A stretch of 46,776 nt of DNA, from NCBI GenBank assembly GCA_016866675.1, contig VGLO01000002.1, forward strand, positions 1 through 46,776, read 5' to 3'. The DNA comes from Candidatus Staskawiczbacteria bacterium. GTDB taxonomy: Bacteria; Patescibacteriota; Minisyncoccia; Minisyncoccales; Staskawiczbacteraceae. Each line of letters starts with the position of its first letter. Position 1 is the first letter of the stretch. Under the pieces are notes generated by a model that ran no database searches, had not been told where the DNA came from, and worked only from the letters and a program-made list of their open reading frames with translations. Positions 42,258 through 46,776 of this stretch are shown one piece after another. The translations under genes and the position numbers were made by a program.

Positions 42258-42881
42258 TTATTTCTTAATGAAGAACGGTTTAACTGCATAGGTGTACGCA
42301 ATGCAGAGAAAAGCGGTAATGCCGTAAAAAATCCATACCACCCGCGTGGGACCTGATTGTAGAGTACTACCAATTTTGAGAGCGTGGAAAAAACTCAAAA
42401 GAAATCCGATATTGCTAATTATTAGTACCGCATTCCAGTGTTTTGAAAAAAACTGAAACTTTCTTTTGAGAGCCTTGACAACGTCGTAACTAATGAGTAA
42501 AAGCCAACTGATAATTCCCAGGGTAACGGGTATAGTTCCGTAGTAAAGATAAATATTTTTCATGCTAAATTGCATGCCAATAAGCAATAGCAGGGGGTGG
42601 AGAATCAAGCTAATCAAGATAATTAAAGCGGTAACATTGACGGTAATATCGAAGGGAATATATTTTCTTAGCCAATTTTCAAACGCTCCCATGAGCGAGT
42701 GTAGCCATAAAAGTGAGGCCGCCAGCAAACCAAAAAACGGAAATAACATCATGGGCAAGTGACTGTCAAAAGCCCACTGGGTTGCTTGGAATCGCACCGA
42801 TAAAGGATAAAGCACTGCCGTAGCCGCAAAAAGCGTGATAAGAGTAGTGATAATGTTGGCCTTGGTAATGTGATATTGCAT
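42258..42881 (-). CDS. Hypothetical 6-TM membrane protein with intramembrane histidines
   Basis: 207-aa polytopic ORF. His residues sit in predicted TM segments (WLHSLMG, ILHPLL, FFHALK). Family not assigned. Confidence 0.65.
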   Translation of the reverse strand: MQYHITKANIITTLITLFAATAVLYPLSVRFQATQWAFDSHLPMMLFPFFGLLAASLLWLHSLMGAFENWLRKYIPFDITVNVTALIILISLILHPLLLLIGMQFSMKNIYLYYGTIPVTLGIISWLLLISYDVVKALKRKFQFFSKHWNAVLIISNIGFLLSFFHALKIGSTLQSGPTRVVWIFYGITAFLCIAYTYAVKPFFIKK

Positions 42882-42922
42882 ATTTTTATGTATTATATCA
42901 CAGTGTGCTACAATAAGAACGT

Positions 42923-44302
42923 ATGATACCTAATAATTCTCCCTGGATACAACAGCTTAAGCGCACTCGGCCGGTTGTGTCACTGGATAAAAATATAGCT
43001 TCTGATGTTGTAATTGTTGGCGGCGGCATTGCCGGAGCAGCCACGGCCTTTTTTGCGCTCCGTAATACTGATAAGTCCATTATTCTTATTGAAGCGGGCA
43101 AGGTAGCCCATGGAGCTACCGGACACAATGCTGGGCAGGTCGCAAGTTACTTTGAGAGGTCTCTTTCGGGAATGATTGAAGAGTTCGGTGTTGAGATGGC
43201 AGTTAATGGCCAGCGTTCCATTGAATCGGCATGGATGTTGCTTGACCAAATCATAGTAGAAGCAAAACTGCAGACTCCATTATATAAGTTTACGGGCTAC
43301 GCCGGATTATCAAGCTTTGATCAGGTGGTTAGCCACCTTAAAAGCAACCGTTATCGCGTGGCTCATAATTTGTTACAGGAATCTATTATGCTTGCCGAAA
43401 ACTGGGATCGGTTGGCGGATGTGCCTAGTGAGCACAAAAGCCTTTATACAATTGCTCCCCAAGCGGATTTACTTAAGCTTCTTGAAACGAATAATAAAGA
43501 TTACATAGCTGCGCTTTCCTATCCGAAAGGGTGTATGAATAGCACCCTATTTACCGAAGAGCTTATCGGCTACCTTATGGCGACATATAAAAACCGTTTT
43601 TCTTTTTATGAAGGCAGTCCCATGAAAAAGGTGGAGCTTAATAAGAACGAAGCAGTGCTTGAAGTGCTTTCGCACACCATAAGGGCTGGAAAAGTTATTT
43701 TATGCACTAATGGATTCGAAAATTTCACCATCCAAAACAATGTCGGCGATGAAATTAATACGAAATTCCACCATTTGGTTGATGGGCGAATTGGCTATAT
43801 GGCAGGATATGTGCAACCGCTGGACCAGCCTCCCGTTGCGGTAAGCTATTTCTCAAAAACCAAGGAAATCATTAAGGATCCAACCGGTGAAAGCTATTTT
43901 TATTTAACTCGCCGTCCTTATGAGTATGGGGGCGATACCTCTTACAACCTTGTTTGTGCCGGTGGACCGGAAAAAGTACTCCCGAACGAAGCGATGTATG
44001 TACCAGAAGAATCTTGGGAGGATGCCAAAAACCTAATAGCTGATTTTCTCCGTAGTAACTACGGTAAACATCCAAAGGAGGATATAGAATATTCATTTTA
44101 CTGGCATGGCCTTATGGGGTATACTCCCAATGGCATTCGGCGGATCGGGCCTGAATCATGTAACCCTATCCTTCTCTATAACCTTGGATGTAACGGAGTA
44201 GGCATTTTGCCATCAATTTTTGGCGGTCAACGCATCGCCAAGTTTTTAAATGGCGAAGATGTCGAAAAATCTATCTTTGATCCTCAGGATCAAGTGAAAT
44301 AA
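42923..44302 (+). CDS. FAD-dependent oxidoreductase (DAO-like family)
   Basis: N-terminal Rossmann dinucleotide motif DVVIVGGGIAGAATAF; 459 aa. Confidence 0.85.
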   Translation: MIPNNSPWIQQLKRTRPVVSLDKNIASDVVIVGGGIAGAATAFFALRNTDKSIILIEAGKVAHGATGHNAGQVASYFERSLSGMIEEFGVEMAVNGQRSIESAWMLLDQIIVEAKLQTPLYKFTGYAGLSSFDQVVSHLKSNRYRVAHNLLQESIMLAENWDRLADVPSEHKSLYTIAPQADLLKLLETNNKDYIAALSYPKGCMNSTLFTEELIGYLMATYKNRFSFYEGSPMKKVELNKNEAVLEVLSHTIRAGKVILCTNGFENFTIQNNVGDEINTKFHHLVDGRIGYMAGYVQPLDQPPVAVSYFSKTKEIIKDPTGESYFYLTRRPYEYGGDTSYNLVCAGGPEKVLPNEAMYVPEESWEDAKNLIADFLRSNYGKHPKEDIEYSFYWHGLMGYTPNGIRRIGPESCNPILLYNLGCNGVGILPSIFGGQRIAKFLNGEDVEKSIFDPQDQVK

Positions 44303-44328
44303 ATCAATACGCTTGTGGGTGCAAGATT

Positions 44329-44992
44329 ATGATTGAAAAAATTACTTTTTATATATCGCCAATTGTCACGGAATACGGCGCGTTCGGCGTTTTTTTAGCC
44401 ACTCTGCTTGAAGAAATTGTTGCGCCCATTCCTTCACCGCTCGTTCCACTTATGGCAGTTTTTTCTTTTGCCGGCCAGCGAGGGCTTACTAATAGTAGCT
44501 TGGCGGGCACTGTTTGTTATCGCTTTTCCGGTCGCTCTTGGAATAACTCTTGGATCACTGGCTATTTACGGTATTGGTTATTGGGGAGGAAAACCTGTCA
44601 TTGAAAAAACTGAAAAATGGCTTGGATTAAGCTGGCAGGATGTGGAAAAAACAGAACGGAGACTTATCCGCGGAAGAGGCGATGAGATTGCACTTTTTGT
44701 GTTGAGAGTATTGCCGATTGTTCCGGGCGTAGCGATCTCCTGTTTTTGCGGAATAGTACGCTATCCCCTAAAAACATTTGCGATGATTACCTTTCTTGGC
44801 GCACTAGTACGTGCTGTTGCTTTAGGTATTGCGGGTTGGTATGTGGGAGCAGTGTATCTAGCATACGTAGATGCCATTTCTAAAATAGAGAATTATATTT
44901 TTGCCATTTTAATTATTTTAGGATTATTCTTTGTAGGACGATTCTTTTTTAAAAAATATCATGATGCAAAAGAAAAACATTCTGTCAACTAA
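44329..44992 (+). pseudogene. DedA/VTT-domain membrane protein interrupted by a 1-nt frame change in a T6 run (44459-44464)
   Basis: Track ORF 44329-44604 gives the DedA N-terminus (YGAFGVFLATLLEEIVAPIPSPLVPLMA). ORF 44408-44992 gives the rest (..GSLAIYGIGYWGGKPVIEK..VLPIVPGVAIS..). Removing one T restores a single ~220-aa frame. Confidence 0.75.
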
Positions 44993-45173
44993 TCATATTG
45001 AAGAATTGGCTAGCCATGATGCTATCAAATTAAAAACCCCAGTAAGCGAAGTCGCTTGGCATGAATTGGGTCATCATTTAGGTTTTAGCGAAAAGGAAAT
45101 TCGTGCATTTGAAGCTAAAAGAGGAAAATAATCTGCGAAGTTCAGTGAACTAAAGATAGAAGTCAATAGATGG

Positions 45174-45197
45174 CGAAGCAATTACTTCGTTCTTTTA
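45174..45197 (+). terminator. Weak candidate terminator
   Basis: CGAAG-caatta-CTTCG followed by TTCTTTT. Only a 5-bp stem. Confidence 0.3.
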
Positions 45198-45626
45198 ATT
45201 CTTCGAATTACACTTTTTACAAAGTCCGTAAAATTCCAATGAGTGATGCTTGATTTGGGTAAACCCTTTGGTTTGTCCTAAAATCTGTTGATGCACCGTT
45301 TCTAAATTACAATCTTCAATATCCTCAATCCTACCACATCCCGTGCAGATGATATGGTGATGATGGGCCATATCAAAAAACTCATAATGAGCATTATTCT
45401 GCCGCAAATCTATCTGGCGAATAATTCCATTCTCTTTCAGTTTGGTCACACAGCGATAAACAGTTGCTGGGTCAAGATGCCTATCAATGCCATTAATAAT
45501 ATCTTGGCTACTGATAGGTTTTTTTGATTTCTGAATAAAGGAAAGAATAGTTAAATGTCCAGGTGTTGCTTTCATTCCTGCTTTGCGAAGTAGGGAGTAG
45601 AGTTGATTTTCTTGGTCACTTTTCAT
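45195..45626 (-). CDS. Fur-family metalloregulator (Zur-like by context)
   Basis: Winged-helix N-domain, HHHHIICTGCG and CKKC motifs typical of Fur/Zur/PerR. Divergent from a COG0523 gene. Confidence 0.88.
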   Translation of the reverse strand: MKSDQENQLYSLLRKAGMKATPGHLTILSFIQKSKKPISSQDIINGIDRHLDPATVYRCVTKLKENGIIRQIDLRQNNAHYEFFDMAHHHHIICTGCGRIEDIEDCNLETVHQQILGQTKGFTQIKHHSLEFYGLCKKCNSKN

Positions 45627-45646
45627 ATTGTCACTTTAACACAAAC

Positions 45647-45659
45647 GCAAGTTACTTGC
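45647..45659. promoter_or_regulatory. Candidate operator palindrome in the Fur-family gene promoter region
   Basis: GCAAGT-t-ACTTGC, a perfect 6-1-6 palindrome starting 21 nt upstream of the regulator start codon. Confidence 0.35.
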
Positions 45660-45714
45660 AATTAATTTGACCCGGGTATTCACATTGTTTATATTGTCTC
45701 TATCAGCTGCCTTA

Positions 45715-45821
45715 ATGTAGTCAGCGCTTAGCTCGCTTTAATTTTTAAACTATATGCCTGTTTGTGCTCCGTCCACATATGGTTTTGACCTTATTTAAAG
45801 CGAGTTAAACGCTGACTACAT
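45715..45821. repeat. 27-bp inverted repeat (25/27 complementary) with 53-bp spacer at the AT-rich to GC-rich junction
   Basis: ATGTAGTCAGCGCTTAGCTCGCTTTAA (45715-45741) versus TTAAAGCGAGTTAAACGCTGACTACAT (45795-45821). Confidence 0.8.
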
Positions 45822-45865
45822 AGGGTTTTCAGCAGTTCTTTCCAATTCAGATCAGGAGATTCCAA

Positions 45866-46776
45866 ATGCAGATTTTCTCTGCCGTCGGTCCTTTGGGCGC
45901 CGGGAAGACCACGCTCACGATTAACACCATCGAAGCGATGATCCGCGAAGGCATGACCAGCAAAGATCGCTGTGCCTACATCATCAACGACGAAGGGGCC
46001 CAGGTGGACGGGTCGCTCATTGAGCGCTCGGCCCGGGTACTGCCCATGACGAGCGGATGCTTTACTTGTTCGGATGAGGCAGAACTCCGCAAGAAGCTCG
46101 ATGAAATGGCCCAGCAGGAGATGGAATGGGTCTTCCTGGAAGGATTCGGGATGACCTCGGGCAGCGAAACCAAAAAGTTCCTCAAGTCTGTTCCGTACCC
46201 GTTCCGGATCGTCTGCGTGCTGGATTTCAAAAACCACCAGCGCAACCTCGTCAGGTACTCTGACGTGGTAAAGTCACAGGTCCACGCCGCTACCATCGGA
46301 ACCGGCCTCACCAAATATGGCAGGGCTTTGACTCTGATGGATTTGCCGGATACTGAGGTGCTCGACTTCGTCGCTCGTAACAGCCACGGCAAACCGGCAT
46401 TCCTGATCCCCGAGGATGGGTACCTTCCACTGGAGCTGCTTGCGAAAGCAGTTCAGCCTTCGGGAGTTGCCATGTCATCGTCATGCTCGCATCACGATCA
46501 TGGACACGACCACAGCCACCACCATCATGTCCATGCCATGCACGCTTACTCATACGAGTTGCGTGACGGCACGACATTCTCACAGGTAGTGTCGGCGTTT
46601 AGGGGCTGTCCGGCCTACATTTGGAGAATCAAGGGTGCGGTGGAAAGCAAGCTCTTTAACTCTGTCTTTGACGACTGGAAGCAGACTTCTCAGGATAATC
46701 GGTCATTCGTGACTTTCTACTCCCGAAAAGAAATCCAGCTCGGCACTGATCTGCCTGGACTCGCTCAACTCGTCGT
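45866..46776 (+). CDS. COG0523-type G3E P-loop GTPase (putative metallochaperone), 3-prime end beyond the window
   Basis: Hand translation from the ATG at 45866 (AGGAGA Shine-Dalgarno 6 nt upstream) has no stops to the window end. It reads MQIFSAVGPLGAGKTTLT..IINDEGAQVDG..SGCFTCS..WVFLEGFGM..CVLDF..SSCSHHDHGHDHSHHHHVHAMH..IWRIKGAV. Absent from the ORF track, which lists only antisense ORFs here. Confidence 0.85.
   Translation, partial: MQIFSAVGPLGAGKTTLTINTIEAMIREGMTSKDRCAYIINDEGAQVDGSLIERSARVLPMTSGCFTCSDEAELRKKLDEMAQQEMEWVFLEGFGMTSGSETKKFLKSVPYPFRIVCVLDFKNHQRNLVRYSDVVKSQVHAATIGTGLTKYGRALTLMDLPDTEVLDFVARNSHGKPAFLIPEDGYLPLELLAKAVQPSGVAMSSSCSHHDHGHDHSHHHHVHAMHAYSYELRDGTTFSQVVSAFRGCPAYIWRIKGAVESKLFNSVFDDWKQTSQDNRSFVTFYSRKEIQLGTDLPGLAQLV

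Noticed and set aside
42980-44096. Internal ORFs within the FAD oxidoreductase gene (42898-43128 -, 42980-43249 -, 43317-43508 +, 43872-44096 -)
   Set aside because: They are fully overlapped by a 459-aa ORF with a clear Rossmann motif, and they show no independent signals.
44329-44992. Treating 44329-44604 and 44408-44992 as two separate overlapping genes
   Set aside because: The N-terminal DedA motif is in the first frame and the rest of the domain is in the second. The tails of each ORF beyond the T6 run look non-protein-like. A single frameshifted gene is more parsimonious.
45795-45821. Reading the 27-bp inverted repeat as an integron attC site (the right arm contains GTTAAAC, which matches GTTRRRY)
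   Set aside because: The core-like heptamer is in the middle of the arm rather than at the element boundary. The left arm has GCTTAGC instead of RYYYAAC. No integron integrase or cassette array is present.
45791-46583. Three minus-strand ORFs (45791-46237, 45976-46392, 46308-46583) offered by the track in the terminal GC-rich block
   Set aside because: The + strand frame from 45866 is open to the window end. It encodes a P-loop, a His-rich tract and a CobW_C-like motif behind a good Shine-Dalgarno. The antisense ORFs overlap each other and show no motifs.

Overview
AT-rich (by eye about one third G+C), gene-dense bacterial window. The first ~37 kb is core housekeeping DNA on the + strand. 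It holds the S10-spc-alpha ribosomal supercluster: rplC (partial), rplD, rplW, rplB, rpsS, rplV, rpsC, rplP, rpmC, rpsQ, rplN, rplX, rplE, rpsN, rpsH, rplF, rplR, rpsE, rplO, secY, adk, map. A 5.3-kb insertion follows (Zn-ribbon protein, tpiA, DUF458-like, alaS and others), then infA, rpmJ, rpsM, rpsK, rpsD, rpoA, rplQ, rplM, rpsI. Further on are murA, two mreB paralogs, holB, frr, rseP, proS, gatCA, an ftsB-like gene, prfB with its programmed +1 frameshift, ftsEX and tRNA-Gln(CUG). Several traits suggest a Candidate Phyla Radiation/Patescibacteria-like genome (inference): no rpmD between rpsE and rplO, Lys-rich tails on many r-proteins, shortened AlaRS and ProRS, and a PEGA-domain protein. 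After the tRNA the composition and content become accessory: TspO, cupin, DUF4177-like, a large serine recombinase, YibE/F-like, YceI-like, a His-bearing membrane protein, an FAD oxidoreductase, a frameshifted DedA, and a Fur/Zur-like regulator. Main second-look items: (1) two sharply G+C-rich foreign-looking blocks, 22.5-23.5 kb (frameshifted DUF218/YdcF-like gene with an unknown C-terminal domain) and 45.8 kb to the window end (a COG0523-type G3E GTPase absent from the ORF track, preceded by a 27-bp inverted repeat at the composition junction); (2) an orphan promoter-to-terminator locus (34.25-34.65 kb) with two GC-rich structured RNAs I could not assign to any known family; (3) a family of long sense-strand hairpins built from CCTAAAT heptamers just upstream of rpsH, secY and frr, plus other structured spacers in the ribosomal operons; (4) a 43-nt duplication of the tRNA-Gln 3-prime half next to the recombinase island; (5) a promoter-driven micro-operon on the minus strand encoding a 31-aa TM peptide and a 69-aa ten-cysteine protein. 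All GC statements are visual estimates and all homology calls are from memory of family motifs. Nothing was searched or computed.
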